Shown here: one piece after another, positions 1 through 9,800 of the stretch | Numbering within the stretch: position 1 is the first letter of the stretch | How the letters are laid out: the number at the start of each line of letters is the position of its first letter | DNA from: Flavobacteriales bacterium | GTDB lineage: Bacteria; Bacteroidota; Bacteroidia; Flavobacteriales_F; PHOS-HE28 | Reading direction: 5' to 3' | Length of the DNA stretch: 64,000 nt | NCBI GenBank assembly: GCA_016705545.1 | Contig: JADIYA010000020.1 | Span: 15,413 to 79,412 of the forward strand | Made by a program: the position numbers and the translations under genes | Notes under the pieces: model-generated | Databases searched by the model: none | Seen by the model: only the letters and a program-made list of their open reading frames with translations | Told to the model about the DNA's origin: nothing

Positions 1-76
1 TGGCCTCGCGGAAGCGCGGCTCGAAGGCCTTGAGCTCCTCGGCGATGGGCCGCTGCACTTCTTCGATCGTCGGCAT
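1..76 (-). CDS. 5' end (about 25 codons) of a probable polyprenyl-diphosphate synthase; gene runs off the left edge
   Basis: Minus-strand ATG at 76-74, then MPTIEEVQRPIAEELKAFEPRFREA. This resembles the N-termini of IspB-type polyprenyl synthetases but is too short to be sure. Confidence 0.3.
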   Translation of the reverse strand, partial: MPTIEEVQRPIAEELKAFEPRFREA

Positions 77-183
77 CGGGGCAAAGATGGACAGTGGGCC
101 ATCACCGGAGCGGACAACCACAGGCACCGGCGAACGTCCGCAAGGGGATGGTTGTTCTCCAGCTACCTTTCCCGCCTATCGCC

Positions 184-918
184 ATGATGCCCATCCGGAT
201 CGCATTGTTCGCACTGGCTCTCTGCGCCACGGGCCTCGCCCATGCACAGGACAAGCCCAAGAAGACCAAGGCGCAGACGCGCGTGCTTCTCTACAAAGAG
301 CAGCTGGCGCAGCAGTTCGACACGGTGAAGTCCGTGAAGAATGTGTTCAAGCTGAACCCGCTGATCTTCTTCCGCGGCGAGGTCCCGCTCTACTACGAGC
401 GCGCGCTCACCCCAAAGCTGAGCCTAGAGGTGGGCCTGGGCTTCACCGCGCGCAACTACCTCGCGCTCTCCTGGGTAGGCGACGATGCCGATGAGTACGG
501 CGCCGGCACCAAGATCCTCTACAACCCCAGCTACCACATCGGCGCCCGCTTCTACTTCGCCGACGACATCGAGCCCGCAGGCGTGTACATCAACCCGGAG
601 TTCGCGCACCTGGTGTACAGCAAGCTCATTCGGGAGAAGAATCCCGATGGGTCATTGAGCGAGCGCCAACGGCTCGACGAGCGCACCTACAACGATGTGC
701 GTGTGATGCTGGGCTACCAGAGCCTCGGGTACAGCAGCAACTGGGTGCTCGATTTCTATGGCGGGCTGGGCTTCCGCAACCGCGACAACATCGTGGTGAA
801 GGAGAAGCACATCATCAATGCGGACCCTGAGCCGGATGAGTACCTGTACGACGATGTCCGGGAGAACAAGAACGTGATCGCGTTCTTCCTGGGCGTGCGG
901 ATCGGGGTGGGGTTCTGA
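184..918 (+). CDS. putative outer-membrane beta-barrel protein (hypothetical)
   Basis: ATG at 184 gives signal peptide MMPIRIALFALALCATGLAHAQ. Alternating aromatic/hydrophobic strands and a C-terminal ...FFLGVRIGVGF ending in Phe, as in OM barrels. The ORF track start at 94 is probably too far upstream. Confidence 0.6.
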   Translation: MMPIRIALFALALCATGLAHAQDKPKKTKAQTRVLLYKEQLAQQFDTVKSVKNVFKLNPLIFFRGEVPLYYERALTPKLSLEVGLGFTARNYLALSWVGDDADEYGAGTKILYNPSYHIGARFYFADDIEPAGVYINPEFAHLVYSKLIREKNPDGSLSERQRLDERTYNDVRVMLGYQSLGYSSNWVLDFYGGLGFRNRDNIVVKEKHIINADPEPDEYLYDDVRENKNVIAFFLGVRIGVGF

Positions 919-943
919 AGCTGAATGCCGGTTGGGGATTGAC

Positions 944-977
944 GAGGTTGAGGGTTGCAGGTCATCAACCCTCAACC
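944..977. terminator. hairpin between convergent genes (bidirectional terminator candidate)
   Basis: AGGTTGAGGGTTG (944-956), 8-nt loop, CAACCCTCAACCT (965-977): a perfect 13-bp stem between the stop at 918 (+) and the stop at 996 (-). Confidence 0.5.
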
Positions 978-995
978 TGGTCACCTTTCAACCGG

Positions 996-2089
996 TCATT
1001 CCGAGCGGAGCGGAGGAACAACCTTCGGCACCGCAGCATTCTTATTGGCCAACTGCCCGCAAGCCGCATCGATGTCTCGCCCGCGGCTGCGGCGGATGCG
1101 CGCCACGATGCCTTTCCTGTCCAGATACTGCTGGAAGGCCTCGGCGTCCTTGCTCTCCGTTCTTTCGAATGAACCCGTCACCCCGGGGACCCGGGGTCGA
1201 TCGGGTTGTACTCGATCAGGTTCACCTTGGCGTGCACGTCGCTCGCGTATTTCACCAGCTCTTGCGCATCGGCCAATGAATCGTTGAAGCCGCGCAAGAG
1301 GATGTACTCGAACGTGACGTCCTTCCGCAGCGTGCGGGTGTAGTAGCGCAAGGCATCCTTCAGTTCGGCCAGCGTGTTCTGCTCGTTGATGGGCATGATG
1401 CGGTCGCGCTTGGCATCGTTGGCGGCGTGCAGGGATAGCGCGAGGTTGAACCTTGCTCCATCGTCGGCCAGCTTGCGGATCATCTTGGCGATTCCGGCCG
1501 TGCTCACGGTGATGCGGCGCGCGCTCATGCCCAGCCCATCCTCGGCAGAGATCCGTTCGGCGCTGCGCAGGGTGTTGGCGTAGTTGAGCAGCGGCTCGCC
1601 CATGCCCATGTACACGATGTTGGTGAGGCCCTGCTTGTAGTACTTCTGCGCGAGCTGGTCGATGAGCACCACTTGATCCACGATCTCACCGGCATCGAGG
1701 TTGCGGATGCGCTTGAGCTTGCCGGTGGCGCAGAAGCTGCACGTGAGGCTGCACCCGATCTGGCTGCTGATGCAGGCCGTCAATCGTGTGGGTGTGGGGA
1801 TGAGCACGCCCTCTACCACGTGCCCGTCCCAGGTCTTGAAGGCGCACTTCACGGTGCCGTCCTGGCTGCGCTGCTCTTCGGCCAGCACCAAGGGCCGCAG
1901 CACCGTGCGCTCGGCAAGCGCCGCGCGGAACGCCTTGGGCAGATCGCTCATGTCGTTCAAAGCGCGGGCCTTCTTCTTCCAGAGCCATTCCCAGAATTGC
2001 TTGGCGCGATAGGGCTTCTCGCCGAGCTCCGCGACGAGGGACTTGATCTCGTCGAGGGTAAGGGAGCGGAGGTCGGGGGCGGCAGGCAT
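996..2089 (-). CDS. rlmN: 23S rRNA/tRNA (adenine-C2)-methyltransferase RlmN, radical SAM; reading frame broken near 1181
   Basis: ORF 1178-2089 has the radical-SAM motif GCSLTCSFCATG and MGMGEPLLN, ending ...VNLIEYNPIDPGSPG*. ORF 996-1181 in another frame continues with the RlmN C-terminus ...FERTES..AFQQYLDRKGIVARIRRSRGRDIDAACGQLA. One missing base in the C/G run at 1181-1184 would join them. Confidence 0.9.
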
Positions 2090-2106
2090 GTTTGAAAGGT
2101 TTCAGC

Positions 2107-2784
2107 TCACTGCAGGAGTTTCTCCAACACCAGCAGGTCCATCGCGTTGGTCACCTTGATGTTGTTCTCCTCCCCTTCCACCAGCGCCACCTTCACGCCC
2201 AAGCGCTCCACGAGCGTGGCTTCATCGGTGAAGGTGAGATCGTAAGGCTGCCCGAAGGCCTTGCGCAAGAGGTCGGCGTGGAAGCATTGCGGCGTTTGCA
2301 CGGCGAGCAGTTTCGAGCGGTCGAGCGCGCGTGACCCATCAGCAGTGGTCTCGCGGATGCTGGGCACCACGGGCACTACCGGAATAGCGGCGGCTTGCTT
2401 GTCCGCAGCATCGAAGCAGCGCGCGATCAGCTCAGCACTCACCAAGGGCCGCACACCATCGTGAACGGCCACCAAGCCATCGCCTTCAACCTTGGCCAGG
2501 CCCTCTTTCACGCTGTGCCAGCGCTGCTCGCCACCGGCCACCACCTGGTGCTCGATGAAGAAGCGGTGACCCATGCACAGTGCCTTCCAGATGTCGAAGT
2601 GCTCCTGCGGCAGCACCACGATCAGCGCCATCTCCGGGTCGAAGCGATGGAAGGCCTCGATGGTCCACATCAGCAGCGGACGGCCCTTCACCGTTTGGAA
2701 CTGCTTGGGAACGGGTCCGCCCAAGCGCTTGCCGCTTCCGCCGGCGACGATGATGGTTGAACGCTGCATGGTTGATGGCCGCAA
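2107..2784 (-). CDS. ispD: 2-C-methyl-D-erythritol 4-phosphate cytidylyltransferase IspD
   Basis: STIIVAGGSGKRLGGPVPKQF, VAVHDGVRPLV, AVQTPQCF and NIKVTNAMDL are typical IspD blocks. An alternative ATG at 2769 (MQRSTIIV) is equally plausible. Confidence 0.9.
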   Translation of the reverse strand: MRPSTMQRSTIIVAGGSGKRLGGPVPKQFQTVKGRPLLMWTIEAFHRFDPEMALIVVLPQEHFDIWKALCMGHRFFIEHQVVAGGEQRWHSVKEGLAKVEGDGLVAVHDGVRPLVSAELIARCFDAADKQAAAIPVVPVVPSIRETTADGSRALDRSKLLAVQTPQCFHADLLRKAFGQPYDLTFTDEATLVERLGVKVALVEGEENNIKVTNAMDLLVLEKLLQ

Positions 2785-2826
2785 AGGCGCAAGGACGCGG
2801 GGAAGAGGAATCCCCTTGCAAAGAAA

Positions 2827-2856
2827 GAGGCGCAGCGGGCATTCCCCCTGCGCCTC
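2827..2856 (-). terminator. rho-independent terminator candidate after queA
   Basis: GAGGCGCAG (2827-2835) pairs with CTGCGCCTC (2848-2856). On the minus strand the stem is followed by TTTCTTTG. Confidence 0.6.
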
Positions 2857-2877
2857 AGCGTCTTTGCGGTGACGCGA

Positions 2878-3927
2878 TCAGATGATGAGCATCGCGTCCC
2901 CGTAGCTGAAGAAGCGGTACTTGTCCTTGATGGCCACCTTGTAGGCGTTCCACACGTGCTCGTATCCGCCGAAGGCGCACACCTGCATGAGCAAGGTGCT
3001 CTCGGGCATGTGGAAGTTGGTGACCATGCTGTCTGCGATGCTGAACTCGTATGGCGGGTAGATGAACTTGTTGGTCCAGCCGTTCATCGACTTCATGTGG
3101 TTCTCCGTGCTCACGCTGCTCTCGATGGCGCGCATGGTGGTGGTGCCCACGCAGCACACGCGCTTCTTGGTGTCCTTCGCACGGTTCACGATCTCGCAGG
3201 CCTCCTTGGAGATGATCACCTGCTCGCTGTCCATCTTGTGCTTGGTGAGGTCCTCCACCTCCACCGGACGGAAGCTGCCGAGGCCCACATGCAGGGTGAC
3301 CTCGGCGAAGTTCATGCCCTTCAGTTCCATGCGCTTCATCAGCTCGCGGCTGAAGTGCAGTCCCGCGGTGGGAGCGGCCACGGCGCCTTCGTGCTTGGCA
3401 TAGATGGTCTGGTAGCGCTCGGTATCGCTGGGCTCGGTCTCGCGCTTGATGTAGCGCGGCAGCGGCGTCTCTCCCATCTCGGTGATGGTGCGCTTGAACT
3501 CCTCGTAAGGCCCATCGAAGAGGAAGCGCAGCGTGCGGCCGCGACTGGTGGTATTGTCGATCACCTCGGCCACCAGCTCATCGTCTTTGCCGAAGTAGAG
3601 CTTGTTGCCGATGCGGATCTTGCGCGCGGGGTCAACCACCACATCCCAGAGCAGGCTCTCGCGATTGAGCTCGCGCAGCATGAAGACCTCGATCTTGGCG
3701 CCGGTCTTCTCCTTGTTGCCCCACATGCGCGCCGGGAACACGCGCGTGTTGTTCAGGATGAAGGTGTCGCCTTCATCGAAGTAGTCGAGGAGGTTCTTGA
3801 ACTTCTTGTGCTCGATCTTGCCATCCTTGCGGTGGAGCACCATCAGCTTGCTGCCGTCGCGGTCCTTGGTGGGATAGAGGGCGATCTGCTCCTTCGGGAG
3901 GTTGAACTTGAATGCGTTGAGTTTCAT
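2878..3927 (-). CDS. queA: S-adenosylmethionine:tRNA ribosyltransferase-isomerase QueA
   Basis: [19 protein letters not shown]...SKLMVL...[18 protein letters not shown]...[23 protein letters not shown]...[11 protein letters not shown]; full-length QueA signature. Confidence 0.95.
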   Translation of the reverse strand: MKLNAFKFNLPKEQIALYPTKDRDGSKLMVLHRKDGKIEHKKFKNLLDYFDEGDTFILNNTRVFPARMWGNKEKTGAKIEVFMLRELNRESLLWDVVVDPARKIRIGNKLYFGKDDELVAEVIDNTTSRGRTLRFLFDGPYEEFKRTITEMGETPLPRYIKRETEPSDTERYQTIYAKHEGAVAAPTAGLHFSRELMKRMELKGMNFAEVTLHVGLGSFRPVEVEDLTKHKMDSEQVIISKEACEIVNRAKDTKKRVCCVGTTTMRAIESSVSTENHMKSMNGWTNKFIYPPYEFSIADSMVTNFHMPESTLLMQVCAFGGYEHVWNAYKVAIKDKYRFFSYGDAMLII

Positions 3928-4012
3928 GTGGATTGCGGGGTCTTACGGGGCCTCGCCGGGTTTGGGGGGCCGAATATAGTGTCACGGTTAAGCCAAGGTC
4001 AAAGAACTTCGC

Positions 4013-4035
4013 ATTCAGGGGATTAGCCCCTGAAT
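4013..4035 (-). terminator. hairpin downstream of truB
   Basis: ATTCAGGGG / CCCCTGAAT 9-bp stem with 5-nt loop. On the minus strand it is followed by a T-rich stretch (GCGAAGTTCTTTG). Confidence 0.5.
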
Positions 4036-4064
4036 TCAACAGGCGCGAGTGGTCCTTCGGCGGG

Positions 4065-4793
4065 CTATTGGGCGCCTCGGTCGGGCAAAGGGGCAATGTG
4101 CTGCGCCCAGGCTTCCGGCACGTGCGCGTCCTCTACCCGGTATGGACCGATGGCCGTTCGGCGCAACTGGCTCAGGTGGGCGCCGCATCCCAGCACCTGG
4201 CCGATGTCGTGCGCGAGCGAGCGGATGTAGGTGCCCTTGCTCACATGCACTTCGAAATCGACTTGAGCGCCCCGGACGGCGGTGACTACCAATTGACTGA
4301 TGATCACTTTCACCACGGGCATCACTACTTCGTGGGCCCGCTCGGGATCGCGGGCCAGGAAATAGGCACGTTCACCCTCGAAGCGCTTCGCGGAATAATT
4401 CGGCGGGCGCTGGTCCACTTCACCGATGAAGCGGGCGAATGCGGCGCGTATCTCCGCTTCGCTCAAGTGCTCCCACGGTCCGCTGTGCAAGGTGGCCGTC
4501 TCCAGATCGTAGCTGGGCGTGGTGCTGCCGAGGGTGATGGTGCCCGTGTAGGTCTTCTCCAATCCCGTGAGCGCGGGCAGCTGCTTGGTGAGCGGGCCAT
4601 AGGCCATGATCAGCAGTCCGCTCGCCAGCGGATCCAAGGTGCCGGCATGCCCCACTTTGAAGTTGCGGCGCTGCACCACGCTGCGCATCGCGCCTCGGAT
4701 CTTCTTCACCGCATCGAAGCTGGTCCAGCCGAGGGGCTTGTCCACCAGGATCAGGCCACCGGCGACCGGGTCGAAGACATGGTCATGGATCAT
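4065..4793 (-). CDS. truB: tRNA pseudouridine(55) synthase TruB
   Basis: ATG at 4793: [33 protein letters not shown]...[19 protein letters not shown]...[15 protein letters not shown]. In the ORF track it is fused to the out-of-frame tail of uppP. Confidence 0.93.
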   Translation of the reverse strand: MIHDHVFDPVAGGLILVDKPLGWTSFDAVKKIRGAMRSVVQRRNFKVGHAGTLDPLASGLLIMAYGPLTKQLPALTGLEKTYTGTITLGSTTPSYDLETATLHSGPWEHLSEAEIRAAFARFIGEVDQRPPNYSAKRFEGERAYFLARDPERAHEVVMPVVKVIISQLVVTAVRGAQVDFEVHVSKGTYIRSLAHDIGQVLGCGAHLSQLRRTAIGPYRVEDAHVPEAWAQHIAPLPDRGAQ

Positions 4794-4797
4794 GGGC

Positions 4798-5645
4798 TCA
4801 GAACATCTGCATCTGAACGCCCATGAAGTGCAGCGCGATGATGACGCCGCCCACGGCGATGCGGTACCATCCGAAGGCCTTGAAGCCATGCTTGGTGAGG
4901 AAGCCGATGAAGCCGCGGATGGCGATGATGGCCACGATGAAGGCGACGGCGTTGCCGACGGCGAAGAGATTTTCAGTAGTCGTTTCGGAGAAGAATTGAT
5001 GCATCCCAGAAACCGCTCTTCAGGATGGCGAAGGAGGGGAAACGCCCCATGTTCCTTCATGTAATCAAACGTTGTCTTCACCGTTGCGGCGAACATGGTG
5101 GGCACCGCGAGGAAGAAACTGAACTCCGCCGCATGCTTGCGCGTGAGCCCCTGCGAAAGGCCGCCGATGATCGTGGCCGCCGAGCGCGACACGCCGGGCA
5201 CCATGGCCAGGCATTGCCACGCCCCGATGGTGAAGGCCTTGCGCCACGTGATGGGCTGCGGTCCGGTTCCCGTTCCGCCCGGCATCCAGCGATCGATGAA
5301 GAGGAAGACGATGCCGCCGAGGAAGAGCGCGAGGCCCACCACGAAGACGTTCTCCAGCAACGCATCGATGTGCTCCTTGAAGAGCAATCCTGCGATCACC
5401 GCGGGGATGAAGCCCGCGAGGAGCTTGAGGTAGAAGTCGATGCTCTGGAAGAAGCGCTTCCAGTAAAGCACCACCACGCTGAGGATGGTGCCGAACTGGA
5501 TGGCCACGGTGAAGAGCTTCACGAACTCATCCTTCTCGATGCCCATGAGCGCCGAGCCGATGATCATGTGGCCCGTGCTGGAGACGGGCAGGAATTCGGT
5601 GAGCCCCTCGATGATGGCCAGGATGATGGCCTGCAGCAGCGTCAT
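4798..5645 (-). CDS. uppP: undecaprenyl-diphosphate phosphatase UppP (BacA); reading frame broken near 5000-5019
   Basis: N-terminal part (from 5645): [29 protein letters not shown]...[13 protein letters not shown]...[12 protein letters not shown]-terminal part in another frame (4798-5004): ...[41 protein letters not shown]. The 848-nt span is not a multiple of 3. Confidence 0.88.
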
Positions 5646-5896
5646 TGCGCCTCGCCGCTACGATCGCGCTTGAGGATGGCGTATACCACGAAGAGGTAGC
5701 CTACCAGCACCACGATGGGCGCCACGGTGATGCGCCGATCACTGAAGATCTCGGTGGCATCGAAGGCGTTGGGATCCCCGTTGCCGCCGCCGCTCATGAG
5801 CAAGTAGCCCACCACCACGATGCCCAGTCCGATGAGCAAGAGCTTGTAGTTGGTGGCGGTGAATGCCAGGTCGTTGAAGTGGTTCTGCTTGGCCAT
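5642..5896 (-). CDS. DUF3098-family small membrane protein
   Basis: [37 protein letters not shown]...[27 protein letters not shown]. Two TM helices, in the usual Bacteroidota position between ftsX and uppP. The rest of ORF 5642-7033 is a shadow frame. Confidence 0.8.
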   Translation of the reverse strand: MAKQNHFNDLAFTATNYKLLLIGLGIVVVGYLLMSGGGNGDPNAFDATEIFSDRRITVAPIVVLVGYLFVVYAILKRDRSGEAQ

Positions 5897-5907
5897 GTGC
5901 GATTCGT

Positions 5908-6783
5908 TCAGCTCCAGTGCAATGCTTCGTGATCCATGCGAAGGTAGCGGCCCACGGCCACCCAGGTGGCCAACAGCGCGATGAGCAGCCCTACGACCAC
6001 CACGGCCGCGAAGAGCAGGCCCAGGGAGAGCGCGTCGGTGAAGGCAAGCAGGTCGGGCACGTAGCGCTTGCCCAGCCAGAAGAGGCCGGCGAGCGTACCG
6101 ACGGCCAGCACCGCCGCAATCAGCCCTTGCCACACGCCGCTCAGGAGGAAAGGCCGCTTGATGAACCAGCGGGTGGCGCCCACCAAGTGCATGGTGCGGA
6201 TCAGGAAGCGCTGGCTGTGGATGGCCAGCCGGATGGTGTTGTTGATGAGCGCAACGGCCACCACCAGCAGGAGGGCCAGGAAGATGAGCCCTCCGATGTT
6301 GAGGGTGACGAAATTGCGGTCCATGTTCTCGATCACGGCGGCGTTGTAGGCCACATCGTGCAGGCGGGCATCCTTCTGCAGGCCGGCCACGATCCACTTC
6401 ATGCTGTCGGGGTGCGCATATGCGGGCTTCACGCTCAGCTGGATGCTGGGGTCGATGGGGCTCAGCCCGCCGAGCAGCTCCAGGAAATCCTCGCCCAGCT
6501 CCTCCTTCATTTGCGCAGCGGCTTCTTCCGGGGTCACCAACAAGGTGCCGGCGCTGTATGGCTGAAGGTCCAGCTCCTTGCGGAAGCGCAGCACGTCGGC
6601 CTCCTTCAGCTCGCGCTTCAGGAAGAGCTCCACCCGCACCTGCTCCTTGAAGTAGCGCTCCAGCGCCCGGGCGTTCATCAGGATGAAGCCCTGGATTCCC
6701 AGCATCCACAGCACCAGGGTGATGCCGATGATCGTACCCACGGAGGTGGTGCGGGTTCGGATCTTGCTGCGGCGGGCGCTCAT
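5908..6783 (-). CDS. ftsX: cell-division permease-like protein FtsX
   Basis: 291 aa. N-terminal TM, periplasmic loop (LVTPEEAAAQMKEELGEDF), then three C-terminal TM helices (IRTMHLVGATRWFIKRPFL...). Confidence 0.85.
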   Translation of the reverse strand: MSARRSKIRTRTTSVGTIIGITLVLWMLGIQGFILMNARALERYFKEQVRVELFLKRELKEADVLRFRKELDLQPYSAGTLLVTPEEAAAQMKEELGEDFLELLGGLSPIDPSIQLSVKPAYAHPDSMKWIVAGLQKDARLHDVAYNAAVIENMDRNFVTLNIGGLIFLALLLVVAVALINNTIRLAIHSQRFLIRTMHLVGATRWFIKRPFLLSGVWQGLIAAVLAVGTLAGLFWLGKRYVPDLLAFTDALSLGLLFAAVVVVGLLIALLATWVAVGRYLRMDHEALHWS

Positions 6784-6846
6784 CGGGCGGCGAAGGTAGG
6801 AGCGCGTACGGACGCCCTTCTACCTTTCGCCACGCAAGCAACCGTG

Positions 6847-9800
6847 ATGGCCTACGAGCACAACGAGATCGAGAAGAAGTGGCGCGCCGAATGGGCGAAG
6901 CGCGGAACCTACCGTGTGGAGAACGACGCTTCACGTCCCAAGTACTACGTGCTCGACATGTTCCCCTACCCCAGCGGCGCCGGCCTGCATGTGGGGCACC
7001 CGCTCGGCTACATCGCGAGTGACATCGTGGCACGCTACAAGCGGCACAGCGGTTTCAACGTGTTGCACCCCATGGGCTACGACAGCTTCGGGCTTCCTGC
7101 CGAGCAGTACGCCATACAGACCGGACAGCACCCCGCGAAGACCACCGAGGTGAACGTGGCGCGCTACCGCGAGCAGCTCGACAACATCGGCTTCAGCTTC
7201 GATTGGAGCCGCGAGGTGCGCACCAGCGATCCGTCGTTCTACAAGTGGACGCAATGGATCTTCCTGCAGCTCTTCGACAGCTGGTACGACCATGAAGCGC
7301 AGAAGGCGAAGCCGATCCACACCTTGGTCGTGCGCTTCGGGCACCAAGGCTGGCATCACGCTGATGCATGCGCCCTCACCGGCGATGTGGAAGAAGAACT
7401 GGGTGCATTCAGCGCTGATGAATGGAAAGCCTACGATGAGCGCACGAAGCAGCGCATCCTTCAGCACTTCCGGCTGGCCTACTTGAGCGAGGCATGGGTG
7501 AACTGGTGCCCCGCATTGGGCACCGTGCTCGCCAACGACGAAGTGAAGGACGGCGTGAGCGAGCGCGGCGGCCACCCCGTGGAGCGCAAGCGGATGCCGC
7601 AGTGGAGCATGCGCATCACCGCCTACGCGCAACGGCTGCTCAGCGGGCTCGATACGCTCGATTGGAGCGAGAGCATCAAGGAGGCGCAGCGCAACTGGAT
7701 CGGACGGAGTGAAGGAGCGCTCGTGCGTTTCAAAGTCAAATCCAACCTCACCCCTAACCCCTCTCCCGAGGAGAGGGGAACAGCTCACTTCGACCAGGAT
7801 GAATCAGATAGTGGTGCGATAAGCCGATTCCGCGAGACCGCAAACCCATTCATCTGGTCGAAGCTCGTCGCACACGCGAAAGAGATGCGTCATAACCCCA
7901 CCGAGGCCGAGAACAAACTCTGGCAGGCCATCCGGGGGAATGCGACCAGTGGCCGAATCCGGCGCCAACACATCATCGACAAGTACATCGTGGACTTTGT
8001 TTCCCTAAGGAAACAATTGGTCATCGAAGTGGATGGTGATATCCACGACCTTCAAATAGAGGAAGATGCACTGAGGACGCTAGCGCTTGGCGAGAAGGGA
8101 TTCAAGGTCATCCGCTTCCGAAATGAAGAGGTGCTCTCCGATGTGTCTGAGGTCAAGCGACGGATTCAAGCAGAACTGGATTCAAGGCCGGACTTCAGTG
8201 CATCAGCAGACGATAAAACCGAAGAGGAGTATTCCTCCCCTCTCCCCGGGAGAGGGGTAGGGGGTGAGGCAATCGAGGTCTTCACGACACGGCCCGACAC
8301 GCTCTTCGGTGTGACGTTCGTAACGCTCGCGCCAGAGCACGAACTCGTGGAAGTGATCACGCCCGCCAACCGCCGTGACGAAGTGATGGCCTACGTCACC
8401 ATGGCGAAGAACCGCAGCGAGCGCGAACGCATGACGGAGGTGAAGCGCGTGAGCGGGGTGTTCACCGGCGCGACCTGCATCCATCCCTTCACCGGACAAG
8501 AAGTGCCCGTGTGGGTGGGCGATTACGTGCTCGGAGGCTACGGCACCGGCGCGGTGATGGCCGTGCCCGGCGGCGATCAGCGCGACTGGAATTTCGCGAC
8601 GCACTTCAATCTGCCCATCATCGCCGTGACCGAGGGCGCTGACATCAGCAAGGAGGCCGATGAGCGCAAGGACGCCACCATCTGCAGCGAAGGTTTTCTC
8701 AAGGGCCTTAAGGTGCCCGATGCGATCAAACGCGCCATTGATGAATTGGAGAAGCGCGGTGCCGGTGAACGTCGAATCAACTTCCGCTTGCGCGATGCCG
8801 CGTTCGGCCGCCAGCGCTATTGGGGCGAGCCGATCCCGATCTACTACAAGGACGATGTGCCCTACGCGCTGCCCGAGAGCGAGCTGCCGCTGAAGCTGCC
8901 CGAAGTGGACAAGTTCCTGCCCACCGAGGACGGAGAACCCCCACTCGCACGCGCAGCGAATTGGAACTACCAAGGCCATCCGTTGGAAACGACGACGATG
9001 CCCGGTTGGGCTGGTAGCAGCTGGTACTTCCTGCGCTACATGGATCCGAAGAACGAAGGCCGCTTCGCGTCACCCGAGGCCATCAACTACTGGCAGCAGG
9101 TCGATCTCTACGTGGGCGGCAGCGAACACGCCACCGGCCACCTGCTCTACTTCCGCTTCTGGACCAAGTTCCTGCACGACCGTGGCTGGATCAACTTCGA
9201 TGAGCCAGCGAAGAAGCTGGTGAACCAAGGGATGATACAGGGGGTGTCGCGGTTCATCTTCTTCATGGGTGTGGCTATCAATTACCCTGACGTGGACAAC
9301 AATACCGTCGTCAAGCTTCAAGAGGAGATGAGAAGATTTCCGGTTGTACTCGTTCCGGAGAGTCTCTACACCCAAGCATCACGGTTGAAGCCAACGGATG
9401 TGCCGATGGTTCGCTCCTTTCTAAATCAAATGCAGCAACTTCGTCTGGAGCGAGATCCGAACGCTGTTGGAGTTATCACGAGTCAGACACTTGCCAAAAC
9501 GCACGTTGACGTCAGCTTTGTCAATCCCGTTACTGGCGAACTTGATATCTCGACTTACAAGAAGTTCGTCGGTAACACTCAAGACGTGGTGGTATTGAGT
9601 GATGGTCCACTTATCTGCCCGTCAGAAGTGGAGAAGATGTCCAAGTCGAAGCTGAACGTTGTGAACCCCGACGACATCATCTCGAAGTACGGCGCGGACA
9701 CTTTGCGCTTGTACGAGATGTTCCTCGGCCCCTTGGAGCAGAGCAAGCCGTGGGATACCAACGGCATTGAAGGCACCTTCCGCTTCCTGCGCAAATTCTG

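Larger units (their letters stand above)
7746..8269 (+). mobile_element. DUF559 (Vsr-like endonuclease) module flanked by 33-nt terminal inverted repeats, inserted in frame in leuS
   Basis: Core AKEMRHNPTEAENKLWQAIRGN..GRIRRQHIIDKYIVDFVSLRKQLVIEVDGDIHD...GFKVIRFRNEEVL matches the DUF559 pattern. TIRs are 30/33 identical. Interior GC is visibly lower than the flanking leuS. Confidence 0.75.

Noticed and set aside
5917-6846. The 1466-aa ORF 5917-10317 and the 463-aa ORF 5642-7033, taken as real long proteins.
   Set aside because: Their extra N-terminal parts are low-complexity Arg/Gly/His/Ala-rich shadow frames overlapping ftsX and DUF3098 on the opposite strand or frame, as is typical of high-GC DNA. 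The real genes are leuS from 6847 and DUF3098 at 5642-5896.
7746-8269. Considered whether the leuS insert is an intein.
   Set aside because: There is no Cys/Ser/Thr at the N-terminal junction followed by intein block A. There is no His-Asn plus Cys/Ser/Thr at the C-terminal junction. The nuclease is DUF559/Vsr-like, not LAGLIDADG or HNH. The element has DNA-level terminal inverted repeats, which inteins lack.
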